Below are positions 36,886 through 50,846 of a stretch of 64,000 nucleotides of DNA, in pieces (the stretch's first letter is position 1; every line of letters starts with the position of its first letter). The position numbers were made by a program, and so were the translations under genes. The stretch lies in NCBI GenBank assembly GCA_051047955.1, contig JBPGPT010000005.1:310001-374000 (forward strand), written 5' to 3'. Source of the stretch: Cystobasidiomycetes sp. EMM_F5. Taxonomy: Eukaryota. A model generated the notes under the pieces. It saw nothing but the letters and a program-made list of their open reading frames with translations. It was not told the DNA's origin and searched no databases.

Positions 36886-39800
36886 TCAATGTCCGCGCCA
36901 TGCTGTTGAGAAATGGTCGGCTAGGAGGTCGAGTCGAACGAATAATCCTCACCTCGAGCGCGCTCTACTACAAACCAGATGCTGTACTCATTCATTCAGC
37001 CGGTGCCTCCCCCAACCGGGTATGTGCGCGCGCTTACCGACTGCCATGTTTCGATCCTTTGAGCGTAACACCATGGCGTCGAATCGTTTCAATAAGTGTC
37101 TCCTTCACCTTGGCTGGAGCATTGGTGAGGAGGAGCGTCACAATCTGACTGCCATTTGCAGTCTGGCAAATGTTGATTATTGCTGGGCGACCCCTGCACC
37201 ATCGAGTTAGCTACATCACAGGCTGCAAATCGGTCTGCTCACCCAGACGTGTTGCATATCTGTTTCACATAATCGTTGACAATTGACGATTCCATACCCG
37301 AAACTTTGATCATCTTCTCGCTACGGTATGGCAGGATATCAATACCCAAACCTGCCTCTTCAACTGTATACTGACATCGCCTTGGCGCCGAATTGATCTT
37401 GAGAGATGTTGATGGCAGAACGGAGTAACAGACGGAAGATCTCCTCACGATCCTCGTCCTATGCGTCGTCAGTTTGAGAATATACCGCTAGCGGTCAGCC
37501 TACCTGTCCGTGTTCGATCAGACTACGCCAGGAATGGTAGTCAGCAAATGTCCAGTCAAATGGTGAGCCCGCCTACTGTAATACTACAAACGTGGCCCAT
37601 TGGGAGCTACAGAGTTCAACGGTGTCTTTAATCAGCCCTTGCGCGATAGCATGTTTCTCTGCATGTGGCCAGTTCTCAAGCACAGCTTGGCAGAGTAGAC
37701 TTCCTGTCTCATCCATAGCCACTCTGGACCAGTCGGGTATAGCTTTGAGTACAGTGTATAAGTTGCTTGGTGGATTCGGAGAAGCCAGGATCTTCGACCA
37801 GACATGACCAGCAGATTTACTACCAAAATACTAAGTATGGATACCCGATTGTCCAATTTGTGCGTGCCTACTTGGTCAAGGTTCGAGGATTGGCGCTCAT
37901 CCTGGATGCAAGGGGTCAGGTGTTGAATGGGTTTCACCAAAGGACACCTACTCTGCAACCACAGCATACGCAAAATTGTCAACAATGTCAAGTGCTTTCT
38001 GCACGACGTGAGAGCCATAGGTATCGCAAGCCATTGTATTGAGATTTCCGCGCATGATATCGCCAATGGTTCGGCATTGGGCAACGTCTGCAAGGTCAAG
38101 GCACCGGGAGACGACTACATCAACGAAAGTCAGTCACGCAAGGAACATCTGGCCGCAGCGTGATACTTTCTGAAGTTTCCAAATCTCCAGACCGAAATCA
38201 TTAGCAAAGTGGCACTACGAACTCGCACAAACCATACTGACCTGTTTGTAACGAGATCAAGTGTGCGTGGAACGATGCCATTGATAAGCTGCGATCGTGA
38301 GATAGGGTCTTGACAATTCTTGAGCTTTTGTTGCAGGAAAATGCTGGCTTGCTGATCGTTTTTGTCGATAATCTGACGAAGAATGGATTGTACAGTCTGC
38401 CAATACATTTTAGACTGTCGCCGGAGACTCTAGACTTAGCCCTTACTGCCGTGTCTGGTACGGACTCGTCTTGCAGTAATTGCCGATAATTTGGCTGTTC
38501 GGTACGCCGCTATGCAAGACCTTATCAGCGTGTGACGGCGCATCTTATAGATTGTGACTTACTGGCTGTTCTGGTAGCACTACACCAGAGGCCGACGCGA
38601 CCGCGTAGAAAGAATCAGAAGTCGAACGACCTGATCGTGTTTCACGAACAGGGCTTGTCTGACTTAACGACATGACCGACCCTTCCCCACCAGGATCCTG
38701 TCTGGAAGGCGCTCTTGCCAGATCATTTGCTTGTATTGCTGCAAACCTGGTCGTGATTGTTGCTGGTGGACCTACTCTAGCGATGCCGGTGTCAGTGGAC
38801 GTGGAAGCCCGATGAATGTCTGGTGCACTAGTACGATGCAGGTTCTGGTAGCGAGGCGGCAAGCTGCCTATCTGGCTTGGCTTGCCATACGAATCCGCGT
38901 TTGACAAGGAGGCAGCATTAAGCGGTATCCCGAAATTTGTATTCTGCGAAAGGTTCGCAGCAAACGCCTGGTCTGTGTACCGAATAGGTTGAACTTGCAT
39001 TTCGGCCGATCCGAAGATCGGTCGAGCAGTCTGCGAGGCCAAAGTCGCCAGAGTTGGAGTAAGATGCTGTTCGTTTCCTTTATCATTCGTAGAGAAGGAT
39101 AAGGATTGTGAGTTTGCATTTTGCGGAGCGCGGATAAGAATTTCGTGATAAAGAGCTAGGCGACTTTCAATACTTGCAAAGTCGCTTGCGTATTTTGATA
39201 TTGTCCGCTCCTGATGACTAACTTGCGCCTGCAGCGAAGTCACGTCATGGCGAAGCAGGATGACGAGGTCGCCGAGTCTGGTCACGTTGTCGAGTCAGTA
39301 ATATGACAGGCGATACACAGTCCGGCGTACCCTGTAGCATGTGCTGAGCGGGCGTCTGATGTGTCGAAAGCAAAAGACTGGGTCTTGCGAGTCAGCGAGC
39401 ACGCTGACATCGTACATGCCATACGTACTGAAGACCTTGTAAGAGCAGGCACCGCATTGCTCGACATTGACGAGCGAGACGAGTATAGTTCGTGATGTGA
39501 CGTAGACGCATTGTAGCGCAGACCACGGACATCATAAGGGTATCTCTGTGTAGAGTTGTCGGCAGGCGCTGGAGCAGAGTGCAAGCTTGCCAACGTAGAA
39601 GCTCGGCTTCGATGGATTTCTTCCAGCGGCGACCGTGAATCACGCCCGTAAGGTTCAGATACTTGTACACCGGACTGTCCGATCCACGTCGGATGTATAC
39701 CACCAGGTATAGTATCATAGCTTCGCGTCTGATCAGCATTGTTTGTACGGTCTCTTCTATCGTCACGATCAAATTGTAGATTCTCATTGTAGGAGGACAG

Positions 39801-40544
39801 GCGAGCAGCATTGTACGGGCCCGTACCCATCGATTGGCCCTCTAGCCAGGTTGTCGTACGATCAGCAGGTCCAATTCGGCTTGCAGAGCTCCCGGTGTGG
39901 TTGTTTGTGCTTGCAACGACAGGACCAGAAGACTCGAAAACACCTTGCCGTAGTCTTAACGCAAGGCGTTCTTCCTCAGGAGAGTACTCTGGTTGCTGAA
40001 GTAGGCGAGTGGAAGCGCCGACGTCACCCATGGTCTCCGTATTGAGACGACTATCTTGGATATGGGGCATGTAGAAGGCGTGACCATCCTCCATGCTGAC
40101 GCGCAATGCGTGCGTAGGATCTTTACTGAGTGTAGGAGTAGGACAGGGATCTATTACAGCAGCAGATCTAGCTGTGGCAGAGTCGATGTAGAGGGCATTG
40201 GTAGAAGAATGGAAGGGGGATGCGGAAGGAACATGAAGATTGGATGACAAAGGTCCGCCATCGGCATCAAGGGAAGTACGGTGGGTCGTGTAGTCATCCG
40301 AAGACTGGGGAGATGAAGATGGAGAATGATCACTCTTCAAGCGGAAGACGTCAGTTATTTCCATGGCATCAGCGCCGTAGGAGATGGTACTCACATCATC
40401 TTCGCTGGACTCGCCAGAAGGACTCCTTTGAGATTCTGCATACGTCGTCTCGAGTGCATGATGCTCGACTGTCGGTTTACCGCTACTTTTGGCAATGTCT
40501 GGAATACCAGTATAGGCGGTCGGTGCACGCTGCAGCTCGCGCAT
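36886..40544 (-). CDS. Pumilio/Puf-family RNA-binding protein with long disordered N-terminus (meiotic Puf-like); ends approximate
   Basis: DQQASIFLQQKLK, NRFGNF and further Puf-type repeats; C-terminal TLKGSKHGSR. Confidence 0.8.
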
Positions 40545-40971
40545 GTTGCGACAAGCGAGGAAAGCGTCAACAGCGGGAGCTAGACACGGAGGGCAGGGAA
40601 TGATATTATGTATCAGTGACACATGTTAGCTGTGCTTTGCGAGTGGAACGAATGGGACGGATGTCAGTTGGCTGGAAGGTGAGAGGGGTTGTTTATCGCC
40701 ACATCAGAAGTCAGCTCGCGAAAAGGTGAAAGGATTTTAAACTCGATATTCTACAAACAAGCCATGCCTGACTATTAGGAAGCCTGCACTCGTTGTGTAA
40801 CTGTCCTCCGAATAAATTGTCCATCGTTTCCAGCTCCGCAAAGTGTCCATGATCCCCAGTGGCGGGAAGAGACACAACATTAAATATACACAAACTACAT
40901 TATCGCGTGCAATGCCTATATGCATAAATCAGGTGACCGTTATGCGAGATTAATCGAGAGGACGGCTTTGA

Positions 40972-43298
40972 TCAGATGAAGCATGCAATAATTGCCGACG
41001 ATAGTGCCGCAACGATGCACGACAATATATGTGCATTGTTAGTAGAGTAGGCCGAGTTGACGACGTTGGTCTGACTAGGAGCCTGGTTATTAGCAGCAAC
41101 GCCGGCGCTAATGCTTGTCGATGTCGGTGTTGTCGTGCCCGGTGGCAATCGCGAGCCTGTAGGCAAGCTACTACCGTTTACGGAGGCTGTCGGTCCTCCA
41201 AAGATACCCGTAGGAGCAGAGAAGGAGACGCTCGCAGAGGTTTCGAATGGTAAGACTGGATTGTCGATTGCCAATACTGCTGGAGACAGGTTGGCGAAAC
41301 CAACAGATGGACCGGGAGAGTATCGGAAAGCGCTACTCGAGAAGTCAGACAGTGTGTCACACACCTGACAAGTCGCGTACTTACGTATATACGTTTTTAA
41401 GGAAGGCTGCGCCAATGACCCAGCTGATGACTTGAGCCGAGCCAGAACTCAGCGTCAGGTCGAAAAAGGCTCCTAGACACTGATCATCGCGGAAGATGCC
41501 CAAATTCAAGTCCTGTGCCGACATTTTATATGTCTTCAAACCGCACTTCAGCTCGCGACTACATGCCAGCTGAAACGATGATGAAATACACTCACGACGT
41601 TGCCAAACTGGAATCCAACAGAGATGTTTGCGTTGCACGGGTAGGTATAAAAGCCTTCATACGCGCCATCCAGAGCATAGGCTCCCCCAATCTGGGTATA
41701 CAATTGCTCGACCACCGCAGCCGGACCGCCTACAAGAGTCGTTCCTGTATCGATAGCGACATTTGGCGTGCCCATGCCTGTCAAGTTCTGTCCGTTCAGT
41801 GTGAGCGATTGCATTGGCACCACCCAGTAGGACGCGGTATTTGGGGGCACGTCAATCCAATTCAAGGGTGCACTGTAAGAGTTGTTTGACAGCGTTCCAA
41901 GTGTAAAGAGGCCTCTGATAGTGGGTCGAAGTCAGTCATGTGTAGAGCACGGGTTGTGTAGTCTAGGCCGCACCCAAACTCCGCGTGCGAAGTATTTGTA
42001 GAGTTGATATATCTGGTAAAGTAGAAGGAAAAGCCGGAAAAGTCCACAGCCGGTACGCTCATATTGAGAAAGTTCTGCCATATCGGCGTCGTCCTTGTCG
42101 CTGAGAGAGAAGGAAAGCCCAACCCTGTAGCAGCTGTCTCAGTCCAGTTTAGACCCCGTGACTTTAGTAAACCTACCCATTATACCACTAGCATTTCCTG
42201 CAATTAGCGTATCTCCGACAGAATCTGCTAGGCCAATCGTTTGATTGGTAAGGCTTCGTCCTGCCAAGGTGACGGTCTCGTTCCATAGGTTCCCTCTCGC
42301 TGTACCCTGCGAAGCCAAATGTCAGGCATACAATTGCCAAATTGCAATGAACACATACTGAGCCATATGCAATGGAAAAGGGCTTCAATGGCTGCAGAGC
42401 GGTGGATGATTGATTTGCGTTGAAGGTCCGGGTAGAATTGCACCCTTTCGTTGTGCAGTTACTGTCTACAAGCCAAAAGTCGGCTGAGCCAGTGTCGAGT
42501 ATGACGTTCTGCAAACATTGTACGACGTGTCAATCTAGCCTCTGAGGAGGGATTACCAAACCTACGAATGCTTGTCGTGGTGTGCCAACGTGTATTGGAG
42601 CCTAACGCAAGAGCGGCACATCAGCAGGCATCGACAGCCGTAGTTCCATAGGAGTGACTGACGTAGTATTCGCTACGAGGACGTCACAGAGGCGACAATA
42701 ATCATGCATTAAGTTCGGTAAAAACAAAGTCAGCTTTCAGACGCGGATAGCTGTCACATTCGCAGAGAACAACGCACAGATCAGACTCCCAATTTGTGAG
42801 GTTGACTTTGCCAATATTTGGGCTGTCAGCAGGTGTCGCAGTAGCCAGACCAGTCGGACTTGAGAGTGTTGTGGCGACGGCTGCCGACAGAAACGAAGCG
42901 ACATCTGGTGGAAACGACGCCGACGAGGCTACTTGACGGGGCTGCCTGCGGTGCTCGGTGACTTGGCTGCGTCTCTGCAGAGGCTCATCCTGGTCTGGCC
43001 CATACCGCCCCAGGATGCGGATTCGTTCTCGGACTGCCCACTCTTGGAGGCTCACTTCTGAGCGTTTCCTGTTACGATGACCATTTCCATGCCGCAGGGC
43101 TATCACTGATTTGAGCTGCCTGGACTGATGTCGTGTCGGCGGAGCTGCTGGCTGCAGTGTCGGGCCAGCCGCAGCAGCCAAGACTGGCGCATCGTTGTTG
43201 ACCGTGCTGGCGCTGGCAGTGCTCGCTAGCAGCCAGCTCAGTACCAGCAGCATGGCAGCTCTGGGTGATATCCGCAGGTTCAGCTGCTGCGTGTCCAT
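40972..43298 (-). CDS. Secreted A1 aspartic protease, probably GPI-anchored
   Basis: Signal peptide, propeptide with KR site, ILDTGSADFW and AIDTGTT catalytic motifs, WVIGAAFLKNVY, S/T-rich stalk and hydrophobic C-terminus. Confidence 0.92.
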
Positions 43299-43814
43299 GG
43301 TTGTGCAGGAAAGTGTCAAAGCAGATTGGGCGACTTGGCCATTTCGAGGTGTCAACAACTTCCCGGCCAAACAATACTGTCAAAACTGGAATGTATCGAT
43401 ATCCATAAGGGCACGACACAACGAGACACATGTACATTGTATAGAGAGAAGAATATTAGGTGGGTTCGACAGTTCAAGCAAGTCTAGTCACGCAATGTTA
43501 TTATCGCTGCGGAGATGATGGAGATTCGGAATGGAGGGCTGGAAAACAACAGTGATAACAAGCGTTGACGGAGGAAAGATCATCAAGCTCCATCGACAGA
43601 CGGTGTCCTTGACGGTGATTGACCTTGATTGAGAAGCGGAGAAAGGCTGGCCATGACTACCCAGAATGAGTGTAATTTACTTTTGGAATATGGCAGTCAT
43701 TTCTCCTCCCTACGATGCACAATACGACACGGGTACCGTGCAGGCAAAGTGGTAGTGAAGTAATGACTGTCGAGAATATGCGGCGCGGTCCAGTGGGTTG
43801 CAAGACTACGTTCT

Positions 43815-46424
43815 CTACTTGTTGCTCGGCGAGAAGGCATGCTTTACCTTTTGGAAGAAGCTGCTCTTGCGCTTGCGTTCAGTCGTGGCAGGCGTAGCGG
43901 GCGTCGAAGGGGCAGTAGCGTATTTATCGCTCGTACCGGTAGCAGGTGTACCGTTGGCTGCATTTGCCGAAGTCTTTTGCGGCGTGACTGGTACTGGCGC
44001 TTGTCCCTTTCCGAGAGAAGAGGTATCCTTCTTGCTCAGAGTGGAAGTCGGCGTCTTGAGCGCAGACTTGGTCTCTGGAATCTTGCCCACACCAGCTGCA
44101 GCTGCTCCTTGGCCAGCAGGTGTAGTCTTGCTTGCAGAAGTGGTAGATGTAGTGGTAGTGGTAGCAGTAGGAGCGACCGGAGCGTCTGCCTTCTTGTCGT
44201 CACCTCGCGAGATCTTCTTCTTGAGCTTTTCAGCAATGCCCTCTCCGCTCTTCTTGCCAGCGGAAGAGTCCTTCGACTCGTTGACGACGGCAGGAATGAC
44301 GACAGGGTGAGTATCGGTAGATGTAGAAGGAGCAGCGGGGGTGCTACTAGTCTTGGCAGGTCCAGAAGCGACAGACGCAGGATTAGCAGAAGTGGTCTCC
44401 TTTGCAGGTACTGGTGTTCCAGTCTTGGCGGCGGTGTGGTGCTGCTCTGGCTCTGCAATCTTGACTGGTGCAGGAGATGATCCATCGGTAGGATAGATTG
44501 GTCCGCCAAAGCCGGTGACTGGCGGCAACTGAGGAGCACCGCTCGAACTGGTGGTCGAGGAGGGGACAGCAGGTCCAGCTATTTCAGCGAGAATGCTTGT
44601 CAGCGCACTCGGAAGCGACTCGAGCAGCTTGTGTCTACTTACATTTCGCTTCAACAGGCGGCGCAACAGCAGCGGACGTGAAGGCTGGTTGAGGAACAGC
44701 ACTGCCAGTAGCAGGCGAGGTGACGCCCAGAGCCGAAATGCCAGAGGTGATAGCTGCTCCGAGTGCCTCAACAGCACCGGTCACTTCCTTCTTGGTGTCA
44801 TCCAGTGTGACGCGACTCATCTCCTTGGATACAGCGGCAGTAGCGTTGCTAGAAGCGATTGGTGCAAGAGCAGCCTTTGCATCTGCGGCTTTGTCGGCCG
44901 TACCGACAGTGGTGCCGGATGGCGCAGCGGTGGGCTTGGTCGATGCAGCTGTATCTCTGGTTACAGGCAAGACTGGAGTAGCCTCCGCAGAAGGGTGGAC
45001 AGCGGCACCCTCGATCTTTGCTACCACAGATTCTGCGGCCTGCTCAACTGCAGCTACAGCACTAGTCGCTAAGTGGGAGATGGCAGAGAATATGCCCTGC
45101 GAGCTTGAAGCAGGGATAGACGACGGCAGGACAGGCGCATCCTTGGTAGAAGCTGGCAGAGGAGCTTTGGCAGAACTACCGTGAGAGGTGGACGATGGCC
45201 CGCCAACAATGGTAGCCGTTGTGGCAGTGGCAGCCCCAGTTGCTGGATTTACAGAAGTGCTGGAACCGGATCCGCCAGAGATGACCTTCTCTGGTGCCTT
45301 CTCGCCAGACTTGGCGGAAGAAGCAGCAGCTCCGCCGATGCCGACTGCGCCAAGCAAAGCGCCAGCTCCAATAGCCGCGGCACCCGACGATTGACCAGTG
45401 TGCGCGCCATTGGCAGAGCTGGCCGGAGCGTGGGTCGTATCGGAGCCAGACGAAACGGACGGTTTGGCAAGGTCTAAACAACGTTTACATTAGTTAGGGC
45501 GCCATAACGACAGACTGAAAATGTAGCACACCATTGACAGAAACGCCGGTCCCAGAAGCGGACGCCTGAGTTACGTTTGGTGCGACCTTTTCGACGCCCT
45601 GGACACCGCCGGCAATTGGCGAGGCAGATTTTGCTACCGGTGAAGATGGTGATGCCGTTGTGCCATTGTGAGTAGTAGCTACGACCGGACCAGAGGGTGT
45701 AGACTCATGTGCGGCTCCCTCTGTTATTGGTTCTTTAGCGGCGGAAGTCGTTGACCCAAGCAGGCCAGCTGGGACTTCGCTCTCCTTTGGTACTGCAAGC
45801 GAACCACAAATTAAATTAATGAACACTGTTTGCAGGCTTTCTCTCATCGCGTCGGACGACGCCATAACTTTCGAGTCTTGCCGGCGCACGCCTAGTAGCG
45901 AGAAAACCCTGCATTCGTGAAAGATGGGGAACTTACCGTAGAAGACGTTGTTTGCAAGCCCTCTCTCGTCTGTCTCAGTCTGCTCCTGAGGGTTGACTTT
46001 CCATTCGCCGTCAATTATGTACTATTTGACGATTCAAAATTCACGTTTAGCGCGTTTCAAGACTTTACCGTGGCAGCACAGCTCACTTTGTAAGAGATCT
46101 TCTCTCCGTATGGAAGGTGCTATAGAATGACAGGAGAAAGTGTCCTTATCGTGAGCTCGTGCTCTCGAGCAACCGTGTCCCTATGCCAAATTCGTGCGGC
46201 CTTCGGCTTCAAGACTCACCACTGAAGCAATCCAGTACAGGTTGGGAATCTTGGTGAGCTTATGAGCGTTTCTAGAGGGAGCCAAGCCGCCATCAGCACA
46301 TCCTGCGCCCTAGTCATTGTGCGGACTCAGCGCACTCGTCCCAATTGCACCACGAGCCCGTCACTCTGACAGACTCGTGGTTCAGGTCGTAGAGAATAAA
46401 ATCGCGGAGGTATCCAGTCGTCAT
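43815..46424 (-). CDS. CBM48/AMPK-beta-like glycogen-binding domain protein with long A/S/T/P-rich tail (Crp1/Mdg1-like)
   Basis: Spliced VRVTGSWCNW..LPYGEKISYKYIIDGEW..DERGLANNVF; C-terminal KRKSSFFQKVKHAF. Confidence 0.85.
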
Positions 46425-46904
46425 GGTTGGGGTATAGCTGCAGCAGGTTGCGTACTCGGGCTATCACGTATGAGCTTGCTTTCACGTTCCGTCGAGCGAG
46501 GCAGAAGTCAGAGCAGCGCCTTTCTTTCGACCAGCCTGCGAGAGGCGTGACGTTGAGCGCCGAATCTTGATCGAAATTGCAAAGACTTTGACTTTGGGGA
46601 ATTCGCATGGCATTCGCCAACAACGTACATGGTTGGCTACAACGGACTACGCAGTCATGGTACAGAATTCACCGTTAGAAAATCCCATGCCGGCAATTTG
46701 GGCTAATGCTGCCAGATGGCGAGACTGGGGGTCGGGACCAGAGACTGCCAAAACGCACTGATCACTCATTTGCAAGCGTTTCAGTCTGTACAGGCGCTTT
46801 AGGAATCACAGAGATACTGGGGACAAGTCGTCAATTTGCTCCTTGGTCTGTTTTCTCGGCGTTGAAGCGATGAGCTGCTGACTTACCAGACACGTCCTGA
46901 TGAC

Positions 46905-47582
46905 TCAGACTTGGTTGATAGTTCCGAACGAATGGCCGAAGTATACCGTGTAACAGGTCGCTATCTCGCCAATGCTCAAATGCGTTTCCGAGGCTTTATC
47001 AAACAGCTCCATAACCCACTTGCGGACTTGGTCGACCGTCTTTTTATCCTTACATTGCTGCTGAGCGTCCTTGGTGACCACATCATTGTAGAATATCAGA
47101 CCAGGTCCTGCGAGCGTAGTATCATCGTGATGACCTCTTCTCCACTTTCGGTGCGGTCGACGATCGCGAAAGCAGACGACTGGTGATGAATTTGTGCAGT
47201 GAAGGCGACGGCCGTATGGTCCGCCCGGAAGTATCGTCCCCTTGCCGTATGCAGAAAGCCTCGGACAGCTGCCTCGGTGTCGCCAGGAGAGGTGCCGTGA
47301 ACGCCTTGCTGCTCCAGCCAGTACTCGCAAGCTGTTTGCATGATCCATGTGGAAATTGACAACGATATCACTTTTGACGGCTGCTAGGCGCCTCGAAACC
47401 GGGTGGCAGCAATGACCCCTCGATGTGGAAAGCTGTTGCCAGCTTTATGAGGATGCGCTGCGAGGTTGAGTATATTGGACGGCTTTAGTAAAGTCACGAA
47501 GTAAGCGCCAGGCAAAGGGCACGAGTCAGCGTCAGAGGCGATCAGGCTGACATGACAGTCATTTCGGTAATACAATTGCATG
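46905..47582 (-). pseudogene. Disrupted paralog A of an orphan family
   Basis: Homologous to 48099-48888 (WLE..GV, YFR.DHTAVAFTA.IH, GPG.IFY, QVR.WV). 1-nt frameshift near 47123 and in-frame TAG at 47384-47386. Start uncertain. Confidence 0.6.
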
Positions 47583-48098
47583 ACGATTATCAAGTTATAT
47601 GAGCATGAGAATGTAAGCAGACAGTCGGAGCAGCTGAAGATACAGTGCATAAATGTACGCTGTTAGCACCATGAACTTGCAAACTCTCATGGTCAAGACA
47701 GCGGGACTTCGTAAATCGCAGCGGTGTACTAGAAGGGACACATGATGCAGATGAGTGCCCCTTTCAGTCGTTTGTAATTGACCGGTAAGCCATGGATATG
47801 TGATCATCGCTTCGATGTTGCTATCGTCCTAGATGCTCCTGCCCTCCACAGTGTCTATTGCTATGAAGCGCAGGGGGATCTCGACAGAGCGTAGACGAAG
47901 GTTGTACAATTTGACACGACGCAACTATAAGCGCGACGTCGATATACGGGAGGATCTCAATTGAACCTGACCCCGCTTGACCTGACGGGCACAGCTGGTC
48001 GAATAGACTCTTGAAACGGTATCGACCACGCATCTGCAAGTGATTTGATCTGCTGGGGAGTGCCAGGGACGAGCGAAAGGCTGTGCGCGATAATCAGC

Positions 48099-48888
48099 TT
48101 AACAGTGAAGCGCTTTGCAGATCACACCGTTGACTGACAAGACTCGATTGGCATCACTTGTTGACGGCTCCGAATGAATGGCCGAGGTGTATTTGGTGCC
48201 GACGCGCCATGCTCCAAGCTCTCCAACACGCAATTGCGTCGTTGGTACATTGTCGAAATGGTCCGCGACCCATCTGCGGACTTGGTACTCGCTCTTTCCA
48301 GCATCGCGCTGCTCTTGGGCGCCTTTGTTGACCACATCGTGAAGAGGATCGTTGTCGGCAACATGGTAGAAGATTGTGCCGGGTCCGACGAGTACTGTGC
48401 CAAGCTTGATGATGTCTTCTCCGCTGCTAGCATTCCAGTAGGGTACGTCGTCGCCGTCGTGATGAGGACGAGGGATTTCAAAAGCATTTGACGAGCCATG
48501 TATGCGAGCAGTGAAAGCAACAGCAGTGTGCTAAGGGCGGAAATATTTAGCTTTAGCGGCTTGCAAGAATCCCGACACCGCTAGCTGGGTACTTCCAGAG
48601 AAGAAGCCGCGAACGCCATGCTTTTCAAGCCAGTCGGCGGCTAGCTGCGCAAGACACTCGTTATTCATGCCGAAGATATTGAGATTACTGGTTTCGTCCA
48701 ACAGAGGTGGCTCCTGTTGGTACACGGAGGGACTTCCAGTATTGCTTGAATGCGTAAGCGTCAACTTACGGAAGCAGAGGAGTCACGAGTATCGCTTTGA
48801 CTGACCTTGTGCTAGTAAAAACCGCATTGATGCTAAGCTTGACTGGGCTAGGTGTGAAGCGCTCTGTATGGAATGCAAGTTCCGCCAT
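48099..48888 (-). pseudogene. Disrupted paralog B of an orphan family
   Basis: One in-frame TAG at 48531-48533 inside the conserved YFRP*HTAVAFTARIH; the frame then stays open to 48099. Confidence 0.65.
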
Positions 48889-49407
48889 CTTCGGAAGCGT
48901 ATTGTATGCGTACAAGATTGAGGGGAAAGGTTGGGAGGAGGAAAAGCGAGTTCGGAAGATCTTATGACTTGGTCGTCAAGCTAGGCGCTGACAGTCCAAC
49001 CTCCAGCCACAACTGAGACAGACACGAGTAGTACGGCGCACACGCAGATGTGTCACTTGACCTTGCATTTCGCTGTCAATCCTGCTGAGCAGTTCACTCT
49101 GAAGGAAGCATGTGCTGAACGTAAGTCGGGAATCAAAAGCCCTACGTTAGTCCAGCAACTGCAGTGAGACCTTGAAAGGGTCCAAAGCCATATACATAAT
49201 CCATGCAGTCCTTTAAACCAGATCCGTTCGGTAGGATCAGATGGTCAAGAGAACTTTGTCTATTGAGCTTTGCCGTCAACTGAATCATTGCGAACGCATG
49301 CCAAAGCTAAGATTGCCGTCAACCGCATAGAAAGCGTTAGTGATCAACCTTGGCTCCGCATGCACTCTGTGAAACAATAAGGACAGCGTTGGAGCAGTAC
49401 TGCAGTC

Positions 49408-49999
49408 ATGCTTGGCTTGAAGGCGACCATGGTGGGCTGGAGCGAAGAAAGGCGGCTGTCGGGTGTCTGACTTATTGGGTTCGTATGGATGCAGTCGATC
49501 ATCGACAACTCTGGTGCAGTCCTGGCGGAGTGCGTCAACGTACTGAAATGCAAGACTGGGCACGGCCATGCTCGGATAGGTATGCTTTGCAGATACAAAT
49601 TGGTTTGAAGGAGATTGCTAAAGGCTCCCTGCTTACCGTTTGCCAGGCGACGAAATTGTGGTGGTCGTAAAGAAGGCCCGGCCGATTCCTACTACAGCTG
49701 CGGCGGGCAGCGCAGCTGCTAACAAAGTACGCAGAGGCGATGTGAGACGAGCTGTCGTTGTCCGCACAAAGAAGGAAACCCGGCGGCCGGATGGACGATG
49801 GATCCGTTTTGATGACAATGCAGCCGTACTTCTGAACAACAAGGTAAGCCAGACCTTTCTTGCATCTGTTGCTCGTCTAACCTCCGATCCTCATCATAAG
49901 CGTGAATTATTGGGAACCCGCGTCAACAGCATCGTCGCAGCGGAATTGCGGGAAATGGGCTGGAGTCGAATATGCTCATTAGCGCCAAAAGTCGCTTAA
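49408..49999 (+). CDS. MRPL38: Mitochondrial ribosomal protein uL14m
   Basis: [53 protein letters not shown]. Confidence 0.93.
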
Positions 50000-50846
50000 C
50001 AACATCACAGCCTCAATCCTCGCATCTCAAGCAGTTACTTGATGTTGTAACACTATGCGCAGCCTCGCAATTTGAACGCACGCATGCTCTTCGCGCAAAC
50101 AATATTAACGATTAACGATAACTCCCAATTAAGCGCTGATGTTGGACTATCTGGTTTCTGGCCGGATCAGACTCCCTGATAGCGATGGAAACACCTGCCG
50201 GGTCGATCTGGTCTTGATGCCTAGGTAAAAACACGTTCGCTACGTCATCACCAAATCAGCTTGACAAGCTTTTCTTGCAGCTTTATAGATCAACGTCGTT
50301 ACAGCCGTGTTCTCATATGCACACACATTCACACGACGATGGTGTGTGAGGAATAGGAGAGAGAACGAGAACTGCTCACGATGTTTTGGCATTACAACAA
50401 TCGTGAGCTGTGAAGGACCATCAAGACACGAACGATACGATAAATCGCCCACCACGGCCAGTCAAGGGAGTAGGCCAGCTGTATCTGAAAAAAGACACGT
50501 CCCGAATATCCTTTCTGTGCGCGTTTCCAAGGTAAACAACCCACCCGTAGGCCGAATGTAAAGTCCAAGCCATTTGCTTGAAGTTCAGCTAGCTGTTATG
50601 AGAGAATCAGCACCGGCATTGGGAGTAGATTGTCTGCAGTGTACCACGTAGAGGCTTCCATTACCACCCAAAAGTCATTGCGTACCCCTCCGTTTTGCCA
50701 CCCGAAGATCGGGTTTCCGTCCCTGCAAATTTTCAAATCAGCTGGCCTCTTTCCCTTCCAACCAAGTTTCTTGCACCTTTTGACGAGGAGCAGAGCAGTA
50801 CAGCCGCAAGACGCAACGCAAAGAATACACACAGTCAACACACAAC

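Noticed and set aside
43798..45477. Several long + strand ORFs antisense to the CBM48 gene
   Set aside because: Explained by Ala/Thr/Ser/Pro codon bias of the real gene; no independent motifs.
48531..48533. A-to-I editing (UAG to UGG) as a rescue of the premature stop
   Set aside because: The paralog has Asp, not Trp, at this position, and such editing is established for Sordariomycetes rather than this apparent lineage.
50160..50213. Imperfect hairpin in the uL14m-CNBP intergenic region
   Set aside because: Short, relies on G-U pairs, and has no tRNA or snoRNA boxes.
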